Positions 16,086 to 29,075 of a stretch of 64,000 nucleotides of DNA are shown here, piece by piece (the first letter of the stretch is position 1; each line of letters starts with the position of its first letter). Position numbers and translations under genes: made by a program. Below the pieces are notes generated by a model, which searched no databases, was not told the DNA's origin, and was given only the letters and a program-made list of their open reading frames with translations. The stretch is taken from NCBI RefSeq assembly GCF_009914755.1, contig NC_060931.1; one strand, written 5' to 3'. Source of the DNA: the human T2T-CHM13v2.0 reference genome, Homo sapiens.

Positions 16086-16457
16086 AGGGAATGAAGAAAG
16101 GGAAGATTCTAGGCAAGGAGGAAGAGATAAAAGGGCTAAGAGGGGATAAAGAGGAAAAGAAGAAGGAGGAGAAAGCAAAGCAGGAGGAGGGGGAAAAGAA
16201 GGAAGCAAGCAAGGGAAGAAAGAAGGGAAGGGAAGAAGAAGAAGGAAGGTAGGAAGGAAGGAAGGGAGGGAGGGAGAGAAGGAGGAAGGGAAAGAGGGAG
16301 GAAGAAAGAAAGGAATGGAGGAAGAGGGAAGGAAGGAAGGGAGTGAGGAAGGAAGGGAGAGAGGAAAGAAGGAAGGAAGGAAAGAAAAAAGGAAGAGAGG
16401 AAGAGGGAAGAAAGGAAGGAAGGGAGGGAGGGAGGAAGGAAGGAAAGAAGGAAGGAG
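16086..16457. repeat. GA-rich low-complexity tract (GGAA/GGGA/GAA mix)
   Basis: About 370 bp that is almost purely purine on the + strand. Confidence 0.95.
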
Positions 16458-17254
16458 CGGAGATCTGCTTTCTAAAAGGGAAACGCAAATCTCACAAAGA
16501 GGCTTATACTGGAATGAAGTGGGAATAGCAGGAAAATTGACTAAATTCTGTAATAAAGCCCCTTTAACTTACTATAAAAATAAAATTAATTTGCCCCACA
16601 TCCTGAGTTTCTCCATTTCAGAGGAAGAGGGATGTCAGAAAAGTAAAAAGTATCTCAGATTGATAGGAGGAAAGAGATGCCTCTGATAAACAGTTTGAAT
16701 TCAGCAAGTTCAAAACCAGATTCTTTCCCCCAAGAAAACATGTAATTCTCATCACATTTCCCATCTCAGCAAATGATCATTTTAGTACCTCCATCACCCT
16801 TCTCTGATTACCTTTCTTAGTTTGTCCATATCCATTTAATATCTTAGCAGGGTCCTTTTCATATATTCCTTTCCTTCCATCCTTGGTGAGGCACAGGGAG
16901 ACAACAACACAGAAGCCCAGGAGACTAGGACGGGAAGGCAGAGAACTTGCTAAAGGAGAGACCAAGAGGAGAGAAGGGGTGGAGGGCTTCCTAAGAGATC
17001 CCAGCTTCTGAAGCCTGGGCAGTCTCACCAAGCACAAGCCCTGAAACAGGGTCTGCAGGGTTGTTGGCTACGGAGTCTTTCAGCCAGAACCTCTCTCCAA
17101 AGAGAGTGCACATGGACAGCCTACAGAGTGATGGAGGGTGGTATCAGGTCCACAGCAATGCCCAGTACATAGCTACGATGTAACTGCTTTTGAAGGCCTG
17201 CTTCCCTATCCTCCTGTGCTGTTGAAAGGCCATGTCTCCAAAGAGATAGCACAG

Positions 17255-17410
17255 GAGGGCAGCTAAGACCGTGGCTTAGTGCTTAGCCTGAATTTCATCT
17301 TTGCAATCTACCGGCTTCGTGAGTTCTGGCAAGTTCATACTTTCTTGATGTTTTGTGTCCTCATCTGTAAAATGGCAGTGCTAAAGTGCCAACAGTCCTC
17401 CTTTCATAGA
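17255..17410 (+). mobile_element. MIR (resumes after MER11 at ~18533-18585)
   Basis: ggcaagttc...gtcctcatctgtaaaatgg core. Confidence 0.7.
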
Positions 17411-17416
17411 GCTGGC

Positions 17417-18526
17417 TATTGGGGGAAATTCAGCCAGATATCAGGCAAAATTCACCCCAGATATTTCACAAGGGTTCTTTTCTATTTTCCCTAAGTGTTG
17501 GCCGATCTGAGAAATAAAGGGACAGAGTACCAAAGAGAGAAATTTTAAAGCTGGATGTCCAGGGGAGACATCACATGTCGGCAGGTTCTGTGATGCCCTC
17601 TGGGCCGTAAAACCAGCAAGTTTTTATTAGTGATTTTCAAGAGGGGAGGGAGTGTACGAATAGGGTGTGGGTCACAGAGATCACAGGCTTCACAAGGTAA
17701 TAGAATATCACAAGGCAAATGGAGGCAGGGCGAGATCACAGGACCACAGGACTGGGGCAAAATTAAAATTACTAATGAAGTTTCTGGCACACATAGTCAT
17801 TGATAGCATCTTATCAGGAGACAGGATTTGAGAGCAGACAACTGGTCTGACCAAAATTTATTAGGCAGGAATTTCCTCATCCTAATAAGCCTGGGAGCGC
17901 TACGGGAGACTGGGGCTTATTTCATCCCTACAGCTTCGACCGTAAAAGACGGCCACCCCCGAAGTGGCCACTTTAGAGGCCTACCCTCAGGGAGGCATTC
18001 TCTTTCTCAGGGATGTTCCTTGCTGAGAGAAACAATTCAGCGATATTTTTCCCATTTGCTTTTCAAAGAAGAGAAATATGGCTCTGTTCCACCCAGCTCA
18101 CTGGTGGTCAGAGTTTAAGGTTATCTCTCTTGTTCCCTGAATATTGCTGTTATCCTGTTCTTTTTCAAGGTGCCCAGATTTCATATTGTTCAAACACACA
18201 TGATCTACAAACAATTTGTGCAGTTAATGCGATCATCACAGGGTCCTGAGGTAACATACATCCTCCTCAGCTTACAAAGATGATGGGATTAAGAGATTAA
18301 AGTAAAGGCAGGAATAGGAAATCACAAGGGTATTGATTGGGGAAGTGATAAGTGTCCATGAAATCTTCACAATTTATGTTCAGAGATTGCAGTAAAGACA
18401 GACATAAGAAATTGTAAAAGTACTAACATGGGGAACTAATAAATGTCCACGAAATCTTCACAGTTTATGATCTTCTGCCATGTCTTCAGCCGATCCCTCT
18501 GTTCAGGTCCCTGACTTCCCACAACT
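17417..18526 (-). mobile_element. MER11 solo LTR (HERV-K11/HML-8)
   Basis: Reverse complement begins (a)gttgtgggaagtcagggac...gaagatttc. Contains the internal repeated unit tgtcca(t/c)gaaatcttcaca. Perfect 6-bp TSD gctggc (17411-17416, 18527-18532), typical of class II ERVs. Length 1110 bp. Confidence 0.95.
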
Positions 18527-18845
18527 GCTGGCCTTGAGTACTACACAAGGCCAGAGAGCAAGATCTTAACATAGAGCCTGCTGTCCCCAAGTTGCTTGTT
18601 AATTGCCACTTCCATTACCACCCATCTTCTCAGAGCCTCACACATCTGTCCCTACCAGAAAACCCCTCACCGCCCCATGGTCCCGCTTCCTGGGCATCAA
18701 GGTTTGACTCAGTGCTACTCTTTTATTTAATTTTTCTTGGCTTTGTACTCCAAGTATGAGACCACAGCTCTCTTAGGACCCTGCTCTTAGTTAATGTTGA
18801 GCCTGTAGCAACATCTCACCAACATTCTTAGAATTGACTTGAACA

Positions 18846-19114
18846 AATGCCAGCACTTTCGGAGACTGAGGTGGGTGGATCATTTGAGGTCAGGAGTTCG
18901 AGACCAGCCTGGCCAACATGGTGAAACACCATCTCTACTAAAAATACAAAAATTGGCTAGGTGGTAGTGGTGTGCGCTTGTAATCCCAGCTACTTGGGAG
19001 GCTCAGGCAGGAGAATCACTTGATCCTGGGAAGTGGAGGTTGCGGTGAGCTGAGATTGGGCCACTGCACTTCAGTCTAGGTGAGAGAGTGAGACTCTGTC
19101 TCAAAAAAAAAAAA
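18846..19114 (+). mobile_element. AluS, slightly 5'-truncated
   Basis: Perfect 14-bp TSD aattgacttgaaca (18832-18845, 19115-19128). Confidence 0.95.
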
Positions 19115-19706
19115 AATTGACTTGAACAGCTTGTGCTGTGGAAATGCAACGTTTTGGTGGCTGCTCTCCTGTCCATCTCTGTGCTCCAGTGCCACAGGCA
19201 TACTCTCCCACTGACACTGCTTTAACCAAAACCAAGATGCTTCCTATGAGGATTTGTGTGACAGTCTCAGCTTCCACCCCCACACTTGTTTCCAGTTGTC
19301 AAAATTGCTCTTGACAGAGTGGGCCACCCTGCTCTCTCCATTGTATTGTTTTAACTACGGCATCGTTTGAGGGTAGACCAATTTAAGAAATCATTCTTTT
19401 TTTCTACCCAAAGCCTCTGAAGCAGTAATGTAAACAAAGGGTTTTATTTATATACAAAAATAACAACATCAAAAGAACAAAGGATAGTATAGAAAAGCTA
19501 GGCACATTGCATTCAGAAAATTTGTACACAGGAAACATTATGCAAAAATTATTTTTGCTCTAGAAGAAGATTAACCCTACCCCTACCTTTTGGTGGTAAT
19601 AGATAATTAAGTTTTCTTATAAGATTGTTTCAATTAATTTTTGCTTTTCCTATTCATGGTTTCTGTCACTCCATCTTTCACCCTGGGCCTAGATGACTGT
19701 GCTTAA

Positions 19707-20090
<384 letters not shown>

Positions 20091-20204
20091 TGACAACATA
20101 CCTCAGAATCTCGAAAGTGCTAAGCTAAAGTTTCCTTAAAACACCTAGAAGGGAAATCAACAGGTTCTAGTATCATGTCTTCTTGTGCCGGCTTTGCAAT
20201 GCAT

Positions 20205-20530
20205 CTGTGTAATGGGTAAAAATACAGCTTTGGAGCAGAAAGACCTGAGGTCAAACCCCAAATTTTCATCGTCCAGTTGTGGGTCCCTGGGAAGGATGTT
20301 TATCTCTGTAAATTTTGGTTTTCTCCTCAAAATGAGGAGTATAATAATACCTATCTTGAAGAGGTTCATGGAAATTAAATAACATAATATGGTATATAGA
20401 AAACATTTAGCTTAGGTCCTGGTATATACTGGGTTGGTGCAAAAACAATTGCAGTTTTTGACATATAAAAGTAGTGCCAAAAACCGCAATTACTTTTGTA
20501 TCAACATAATAGTAAGCATAAAATTACTAT
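20205..20530 (+). mobile_element. MIR interrupted by MADE1
   Basis: gctttggagcagaaagacctgagg...ttctcctcaaaatgaggagtataataatacct...tagtaagc. Confidence 0.8.
20429..20509. mobile_element. MADE1 MITE (Hsmar1-derived, miR-548-type hairpin)
   Basis: 81-bp palindrome ctgggttggtgcaaaaacaattgcagtttttg...caaaaaccgcaattacttttgtatcaacataa, flanked by TA/TA. Confidence 0.92.
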
Positions 20531-21578
20531 TCACTCGTATTTTTAAGACTGACCAATGTAATTTTATCCAGAGACTTTCCAATGAAGACCTTGGTATGTA
20601 GGAATAAAAAATAGGCATAATTTTTCCTAGGTTGATGAACAACCTTTCATAGGGTGACACTTTTCTCCAGATTCAATGGATTTACTCAATTTACCTTTGA
20701 AGTGAGGGTGCATATTCCATAGGGAAGAAGGAGAAGGGGCCCTGCCAACCTGGAGTGTGCCTTGATGGCCCCTTCCTGTTGGAGCGTTCACCACCATCCT
20801 CACTCAGTCCTGGGGCAGCCTGCCTCCAGGGACAGCAGCCTATCTCATACCTGCCTGCCTCTCCAGTTTATGTCTAAAGCACCGTCACCCTTCAGCAGTT
20901 TGCAGTGATGTTCCTTTCTAGGTAATGCTACCCCTGTACCGCATCTCAGACCTTGACCTGGTCAACCATAGTAGGTGGGGTGGGCTAGGAAGAGGCAGGA
21001 CACAGTCCCTGGGGTTGGGTTGTCCTGAAGCTGAGTAGAAGCACAGGTGCTGGGAGAAGTCCTGTCTAGCAGGCAGAAGAGAATCTCTAAAGGGCAAGGC
21101 CAACAACGGCAAACAGTGGACAGTGTTAACATGCCTGTTGAAGGGAAAGAGTGTCCTGCAGGTGGAGTGGACACAAAGATTAGGAGTCTGGGATTAGGTG
21201 ACACTAAGAAAAATAAACAGCCTCAGGATATTCTATGATTAGGGGATGTGGAATGGAGGGTCAGAGGCAGAACTCCACTCTTAGGAAGACGTATGGTAAA
21301 GACTAAAGTGTTTCCCACGCAGGAAGGATTAGGATAGCCATGAGGACCCAAGGCAGCCTTGATTGAGAAAATAAGGATACTTACTGCCAGGACTGGGAAA
21401 GAATGTAGTGTCTGGGTTTCAAGACCAAGGCCAAAAGTTCAGTTATTATTAATACAGAAGCCGTACATTAGAGGTTAGAGAGGTTTCTCTAAACCATTTT
21501 TCTGAAATTAAGGTTTGGTCTTAAAGATAAGAATGGAGTTGAGCTTTCAGGCTGAAGTACTGGGTAGGAGAGAGGAAG

Positions 21579-21626
21579 ATGGCAGACAGAAAAAAAAATA
21601 GCGCAATTACTTTTGCACCAATCTAA
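21579..21626. mobile_element. Half MADE1 / solo Hsmar1 TIR
   Basis: gcgcaattacttttgcaccaatctaa followed by ta is a right-hand Hsmar1 TIR, with no partner arm adjacent. Confidence 0.8.
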
Positions 21627-21778
21627 TAATTATTCAATAATAAAGGACTCTGTGTGTTCTGTGTCTCTGTTGGGCTAACAAGCCTGTTTCACTGGGAGTT
21701 GTGTTCTGCTTACTCTGTATCCCAAAACATTATTTTCTCATGCTGAAGACCAATAGCCAAGTCAAAAATGGAAATACT

Positions 21779-22078
21779 GGCTGGGCGCGGTGACTCACGC
21801 CTGTAATCCCAGCACTTTGGGGAGGCCGAGATGGGCAGATCATATAGTCAAGAGTTCAAGACCAGCCTGGCCAACATGGTGAAACCCCATCTCTACTAAA
21901 AAAAAATACAAAAATTAGTCAGCCCTGGTGGTATCCACCTGTAATCCCAGCTACTCAGAAGACTGAGGCAGGAGAACTGCTTGAACCAGGGAGTGGAGGT
22001 TGCAGTGAGCCGAGATCATGCCACTGCACTCCAGCCTGGGTGACAGAGCAAGACTCCATCTCAAAAAAAAAAAAAGAA
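21779..22078 (+). mobile_element. AluS (Sg-like)
   Basis: Full dimer with A tail. Short TSD aaatac. Confidence 0.95.
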
Positions 22079-25000
22079 AATACCTGTCCATGCTGAGCAG
22101 CTGTGACGAACCACACTGTTTGATGACTGTTGAGAACTACATCTTGAGGAAAATGCCCCCAGCAGTGGAAGTACACAGGTTGCTGGCATGCTCTTGTCAC
22201 CCAAAGAGATTGCAGGATTCCCTGGCAGTCCACCAACCAACGGCCTCCATGACACACAGACACCTCAAGGCTTTATGCAAGGGAGAAGGTCCCTGCTAAG
22301 GGCATTTCTGCCTAACATTGTCCATGGGTTAGTTTTTGCTGTTGTTGTTTTTTCTTTCAGCCCCATTATAAAATTTAACCCATTTTACTTGTGGTATCTT
22401 TCACATAATAAGGAAAAACCATGAAATGAACCACCAACAGTGATAATGAAATCCTTCCCTGTGAAACGTTGTTGTCTCCTACATTTTCTTGACCTCAAGA
22501 CCTCTTTAACAGATACGTTTTAGAGAAAACCTTTTCTGGGCAAGTGGCTAGCTGAACCACGCCTGGTTCCCTTGGTTGTATGTGTGCTCATCTTGGGAGT
22601 GGGTTGTGATGTTCTTATCCTCTGAGGTGGGGCAGGGAGTTGGACACAAAGGGTCAGGAAGTGTCCTTTTGGGGTTAATGGCTATTCCTGGCCTCTGGTT
22701 CCTCAGGGGTGAACCTCACTTCAAAACATACACAGATAGTGGGGCTGAATGCTTGCTGGTGTCCTATTCTGCACTCTTTCTGAAAGGGCTAATACCGTAC
22801 CATGAAAGAGAAAAGGAAACAAAAAACAGTAGCAGAAGCCAGGAGCTCATGGGAAATGAGGCAACTCTTTCGTGTAGGATGAATGAGTTAAATAAGACAT
22901 GCACAACTATTATAGTAAGTTAAGATCAGGAAAAATGTTTTCCAAAAGTTCCTGTAAGACTGTATGTGAAAGAAAGCAACTTAACACTGCTCAGCTAAAC
23001 ATGCCCACGTGAACTATAATTCGACAATAAATGGCATTGCACAACATACTATTATGCTCGGTTTATAAGACAGAGTCTCCTCAAAAAGTAGCACAAATTA
23101 CCATGATTTCTATTCTACCAGGCCCTTGGGTGGCTAAGTTATGAGGAGAGCTTAATATATGGCACTACTAAGCAAAGCATTGAAAAAGAGTGATTGAGTT
23201 TTACTCAAGGCTCCTAAGTTTGGGATAATTCTTTCCTTTAAGAGAAAATGAGAGGGTATGCTCTGGTTCTTTAGCCTGGAGCTGGAAAAGGGACATTATT
23301 TGGGGATTTACCAACCCTTTAGTCCCTAGTCCTTATACATCTGCCTTCTGCTGTCAGTCCCCAAACCACAAGCTTTTAATTTTCCCTGAAGATTAGACCA
23401 ATATTTACCAGTAAGCCTGCATTTATCCTAAAAACCCTTTACTGGAAACTATTGGTTTCAAGTAAATGTTAGATCTTGTTTAAGAACGGTTGCCCCTCCT
23501 TGGTGGAGCAGGCAAAAAGAACACTGCATTTCTGACAGGAAAACGAAGAAGAAAAGTTTCTATCACATCTATCAAGTGGAAGACCTTTTCAATTTGTTCA
23601 TTTGTCTTTACTTTTCTAGGATTTCTCATTAGCCATCCAATCCAGTCATTCCTAAATGTTGGCAAGGAATTACTTCCTGTGGAGGGCTTTAGTACAGTCA
23701 GATGTAAAAATGCGGAGTTCAATAAAAGAGTAAAAAGATATCTGGTCTGATATAGACAGGCTAATAATACGAAATTTAATAGAAAGCGTACAGTATCAAA
23801 AAGTACATTGTTCCCAAAACGACTTGCTATAAACCCTGTTTTTGCCTTCCTACCACTTGTCATTGGAGTAGACAAATGTTCTTCATCTATTTAAGGCCAA
23901 CACACTTCTGCTTCCAATAACAGATATAACTGCAGAATATTCTTACAAATTTCTAATAAGGTTCTATCTTCATTTGTTTGAGATTTTGGTAACTAGTGGA
24001 GCCTTCCGCTGGCAGAATCCAGATAATTGCAATAGGAACCTGGGCAAACATCCAAGATCTAAGGGAAAAGTCTATGTGTATTATCAATATAGATTGGTCT
24101 AAGGATGTTCCGAGGATCACGTAAGAGGTCATTTTAAAGATCTTTCAGCATGTCTTAGAAGGGTTAGAGCAACTCAGTCAAATTCCAGGTGAGCAGCTTA
24201 CATGTGGCCTATCTAAATAATTCTCATAACTGAGGAAGACAAGCTTTGGTCTTGTCTCAGCTGTTACAGTCTATTGTTAGGTCTGTGTGAATCACACTTA
24301 CAAAAGAGCCTGGCTTAGGGCAATGGATGAAAAGCTCCACAGATTCCTCTCACAGACCTCAGTGTCTACTTTTCCCGGGAAGACACAACTGAGCCTGAAA
24401 TTGCAGCCTGGGCCGGAACGTGCAGACTTCAGTGGCCACCATGACATTCTCCCTCTCAGCCACGTTTCATGCTTCCAGACTGTGTGGAAGGAAAACTAAG
24501 GCCTTTTCCTGTGACGTGGAGGGCCCATTCCCTGAGGCCATGAACGGGGAAATGGGCCTGGTATAGCATATAGTGAGGGTTGGGAGGCCAGAGACTTGAG
24601 TTCTAGCCCTGGCTTTGCCAGGATGTAATGTGTCTGCATCCTTGATGTTAGGGATTCCATATTTATGTGGTTTTTATATTGTGTGATTATGGGTTTTTTG
24701 TTTGTTTTGTTTTGTTTTGTTTTGCTTTTTTAGGAGTTGAATCCTTTCCAAAACTAAGATTTTAAGAAGATTCATTGATACAAACTATATAAAATCAATG
24801 TAGCTTTGCATGAAATTGGGAGAACACAGAGTCCCATCCACTCCAGTGGTTCCAGTGTACCTTGGTAAGCACTAGAAGGGGTTTCACATAAGCCTATGTG
24901 CAGGACAAACTGATCTTCAGGTATCCTTTATGCACTAATACTGTTTCCAGTTTACTTATCCTTTGAATTTCCATGTTATGGATTGTCTATCTGGGATTAT

Positions 25001-25239
25001 TTCCTTGTGAGCAAAATGAGATTATAAACTTCAACAGGAATAAATGATCAGAAAACTGAACATGGAGTCAGAAGAATTGCTCCAACCCTGAGACTTCCAT
25101 TTCATGAAGGTGAGACCTGGGGAAGGTCACTGTCTGTTATTCTGAATTTATTCATCCTATGATATGAACTCGGCAAGGTATTAGTGAAAACTAGATGAGA
25201 TAACACAGTTATTCCTCACTATTAAAGTCTTCACTCTCA

Positions 25240-25541
25240 GGCTAGGCATTGTGGCTCACGCCTGTAATCCCAGCAATTTGAGAGGCAGAGACAGGCAGAT
25301 CACCAGGTCAGGAGTTTGAGACCAGCCTGGTGAAACCTCGTCTCTACTAAAAATACAAAAAAATTAGCTGGGCACGGTGGCACATGCCTGTAAACTCAGC
25401 TACTCAGGATGCTGGGGCAGGAGAATTGCTTGAACCCTGGAGGCAGAGGCTGCAGTGAGCCGAGATTGCACCACTGCACTCCAGCCTGGGCAACTGAGCA
25501 AGACCCCATCTCAAAAAATAAATAAAATAATAAAATAAAAT
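25240..25541 (+). mobile_element. AluS (Sg-like, small internal deletion) with TAAAA-type tail
   Basis: Full dimer. TSD aaagtcttcactctc / aaaatcttcaccctc. Confidence 0.94.
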
Positions 25542-26862
25542 AAAATCTTCACCCTCTAAACCCAGGAGCCAAATATATTTGGAGAAATATTTATAATATA
25601 TAGATTCCTTATAAATTTGAACACATAATTTCATTATTTTTATCTCAAAGAATTATTTTATCTGAAAAGATTTTTGTAATGGCTTAATGCTCTAAAAGAT
25701 ATGAAAGTGCTTAAGAAGTTGATTTCCACCCAAATACAAATTATATTTTATACCAATTGTTGAAGTAAGTTGATATTAAGTTACAAAGATGGCCAACCTC
25801 TGTTACAAATCCACACCAGTTTATCGAATGGCACTGACTCCAAGTAACAGTATTCTTTATGAACAGTTCCACTAGCTATGGCTGTCACAAAAACTGGCTT
25901 TGATTTCAGGGAACAATTCATGATATCAATTGTCTGCAAATCAAGCATGGAAACAAATTACAAAGCATCAAACTTTTAAAATAAACGCAAAAAACTCTGA
26001 GCAAACTCCAGGAAATAGGAAGAAAAATAAAACATGACCCTTTACAGTCAAGAATCTGAAATGACAGTTGAGAAACGGCATCAATATAGTATGCGTCTGT
26101 GAGGTACCATCATGAGAGGCTAATGCAGGCTGCTACAAATGTGATTCTGAATATCAGAGTGAAGAAGTTCATAGCTCAGAAAAGCTAGAGTCATTGGAGC
26201 TGTTTTATGGAAAAATAGAGAAATGAATAGATTCTTACAGGGCAGGTGACTGGGATGATAGGGGCAGAATGTATATATACAGTCTGCATACAATAGAAGA
26301 ACTGTGCCAGGTGTGGAATTATTGAAATATTCCCATTGCCCCTCCCCCAGTGCAGATCCTTTCCAGGGACAGTGCCCCAAAACACACATCTGAAGAGATA
26401 ATTTTCAGCATGGTAGGGGTTTCCAAGATCCTGCCCTCCTCTGTGACCGCAGTTATCCTCTTGGGTTGGAACTCACGATATACTGTTAAGTATTTTGAAT
26501 ATCACTGCTGTTCAGAGTGATGGGTAGCAGTGGTTTTCCAAGCAGAGCACCAGCCTAACCCACAGCCTTGAGCTAAATTATTGGTTTACTGGAGGCTGTA
26601 TAGAGGATCTGAACTTCAGGAGTAAAGAAGAATCATCTCTTCTTCCATAACTCCTTCTTCAAGATGGCAGCCTGGATGGCCATTTCTCCAGTTAACATAG
26701 GTTATTTTGACCTCAGGGCTGTTTACACAAAGCTGAGAATTAGCCATCTAATGGGTCTATCAGTTACAAGTGGCCTGTGATATGCCAAGCTCAGGGGTAA
26801 GCAGGCAGAGGTCTTTCCTCTTGGGGTTTACAATATAGCAGGGGAGAGATATTCTTTCTTGC

Positions 26863-27320
26863 TGTATTTACTTCCCAGGGCTGCTGTAACAAGTTGTCAC
26901 TCACTGGCTTAAGACAACAGGAATTTATTTTGCCACAAATTTGGAGGCTAGAGGTGTGAAATCAAGTTGTCTGTAGGGCTGGACTCTCTCCTGTGGCTCC
27001 AGGGAAGAGTCCTTTCTTGCCTCTTCCAGGGTTTGGTGTTTCTTGGCTTGGAGCTGCGTAACTGTAATCTCTGCATATGCCTTCAGATGATCGTCTTATC
27101 TGTGTTTGTGGCTCAAACCTTCCTCTGCCTTTCTCTGAGAAGAACACTTGTCATTGGAGTTAGAGGCACCCTGACTCCAGGATGATCTCATCTTGAGATT
27201 TTTAACTTAATTGCATCTGCAAAAACTTTTATTCCAGAGAAGGGCACATTCTCAGGTTCTGTTCTGGGGGTTGGAATGTGGACATAACTTTTTGGGAGGG
27301 CCACCACTCAGCCCACTACA
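26863..27320 (-). mobile_element. MLT1C-like MaLR solo LTR
   Basis: tgtatttacttcccagggctgctgtaacaa...ttaacttaattgcatctgcaaa...cagcccactaca. TSD cttgc/cttac. Confidence 0.85.
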
Positions 27321-27329
27321 CTTACCTTG

Positions 27330-28010
27330 AAAGAAAGAAGTGCAGGTGTGAGAAGTGCTGGGGTGGAGTATGGAGCATGGAGCCATCTCAGATGGTGGCT
27401 GGCCTGGAGTTGGGGATTAAGGAAGGCTTTCCTGAGGTCATGTTGATCAAGACCTGAAGGACTCTAGGTAGAGGTAGGTGGCATAAGGAGCATTCCAGGG
27501 TTAAGGAGGATAATGGGCACAGGCTGGAGGACAGAGTTGTGGAGGGACAAAGGACTTTAGATGAATCTGCCATAGATGGAATAGTAAGAACAGAGCAAGT
27601 AGCTGCTACAATTTTCCCAAGAGCAATGTAAGTTGAATGAAACATTTTAATATGGGAAATGAAAAAACTAGATTGTGTTCTTAAAGTCTTGTTCTAGCTG
27701 CAGTGTGGGGAGACTTGTTTGGCAGGAGTCAAGAGAAGATTTGGGGAGATCTGTTGTAGATGATTGCAGTATTTCGGGGACAAATTTTGGTGGGCTAGAT
27801 TACTGTGGAATCAATGGAACTAGAGCTGTGTGGGCTTCTTTGACAGATATGTAGGAAAGGGAATGAGCAGAATTTGGTCCAATTTGAATGTGAGAGTTAA
27901 AGGGAAAGAAAAAGCCAAGAATGACAACCAAGATTCCAGCTTGGACAACTGGGTACAAAATATTGCCATTTACTGATATAGGCAACACCAGAGGGGTGGC
28001 CAGTTGTTTC
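27330..28010 (-). mobile_element. L2 fragment
   Basis: ggaaggctttcctgagg...gaatgacaaccaagattccagcttggacaactggg are antisense L2 motifs. Confidence 0.65.
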
Positions 28011-28903
28011 TTTGTTTTGACCAAAGAAGAGGTCACTTCATTTTCTGATTTCCCAGGGAAGAAAGGCAAGCACTCCGAGGCCAAGTGATTTAACCAGGCT
28101 TAGCAGAAAGCAGCAGTAGGGCCCAGGAGAGAGCTCGGGACTCTCAACCCTCAGTGCTTTGTTCCCGTCACTGTACATGGGGCTGCCTTCCCTTCCTGTT
28201 ATCGAAATCTACTCTCAGTTGTGCTTTTATTTTGAGGTTCAAGGATTTTTTCTAAGTGCAGAAAGCAATGTTTATTCTATGTAAAAATCACCTCCATTTA
28301 CTTTTTTCAGGGGTCCCACCCTTGCCTTACAATTTCAAGATCCTTTTGCTTGCCATTCATAGGTAGAAGAATTTCTGCCCTAAGCCAAGACTGGAGAAGG
28401 GGATCTGTAGGAGCTACGTCTTATTATCACTTCCAGGTTGACTTTGAGCTTAGCATAGCCTGTGAACGCCTGTTCTTTGGGGTTACTCTCCCGTGTCACA
28501 TGCCATTTCCCATATCTGCTTTGTTTGGTTGTACCTGCTTCCAACTCCTCAATTCATTTTAAGGATTTCTACTCTTGTCATTCATTTATTAAACTCTTCA
28601 CTCACTATTTTACTGATTCTCCCCACCAAATAAAAACATTTAAAAAGAGAGAACTAGCATTTACTCACAAAAAGAACAACAACAAAATATACTTGATCCT
28701 CAAAAGATGTGGATCTCTGGGTCAATTAATCATCATGTTTGGGTTGATTCTTGTTTGGTGAAAACTGAGTCATCTATTTCTAATCATTCTTCTAATGTTC
28801 TCCATCATTACCTCATACTCAAGTGACAAAATCTCTGAACAGTATTGTTACCCTGTATTCTTTCCCCAAGGATCTGCAGTAGTTCTTACACTCTATGATT
28901 TTT

Positions 28904-29075
28904 GCTTTATTTATTTATTTATTTATTTGAGATAGGATCTTGCTTTGTGGCCTAGGCTGGAGTGCAGTGACGCAACCATGCCTCATTGTAGTCTCAACCT
29001 CCGAGATGCAAGTGATCCTCCTGGCTCAGCCTCCCAAAATGCTGGGATTACAGGTGTGAGCCACCATACCCAGCC
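28904..29075 (-). mobile_element. Monomeric Alu (FRAM-like or left/right AluJ chimera)
   Basis: About 170 bp with a (TAAA)n tail. TSD tctatgattttt at 28892-28903 and 29076-29087. Confidence 0.88.

Noticed and set aside
16084-16686. Pro/Ser/Phe-rich and Glu/Gly/Arg-rich ORFs
   Set aside because: They are artefacts of the GA-rich tract, which lacks stop codons.
20429-21626. Full-length Hsmar1 transposon between the outer TIRs
   Set aside because: No transposase-like translation in the interior, and the MIR host resumes immediately after the MADE1.
23480-23875. 131-aa ORF in unique DNA with a nearby strong minus-strand acceptor at ~23532
   Set aside because: No recognisable protein motif. The acceptor lies inside the ORF and has only a mediocre downstream donor.
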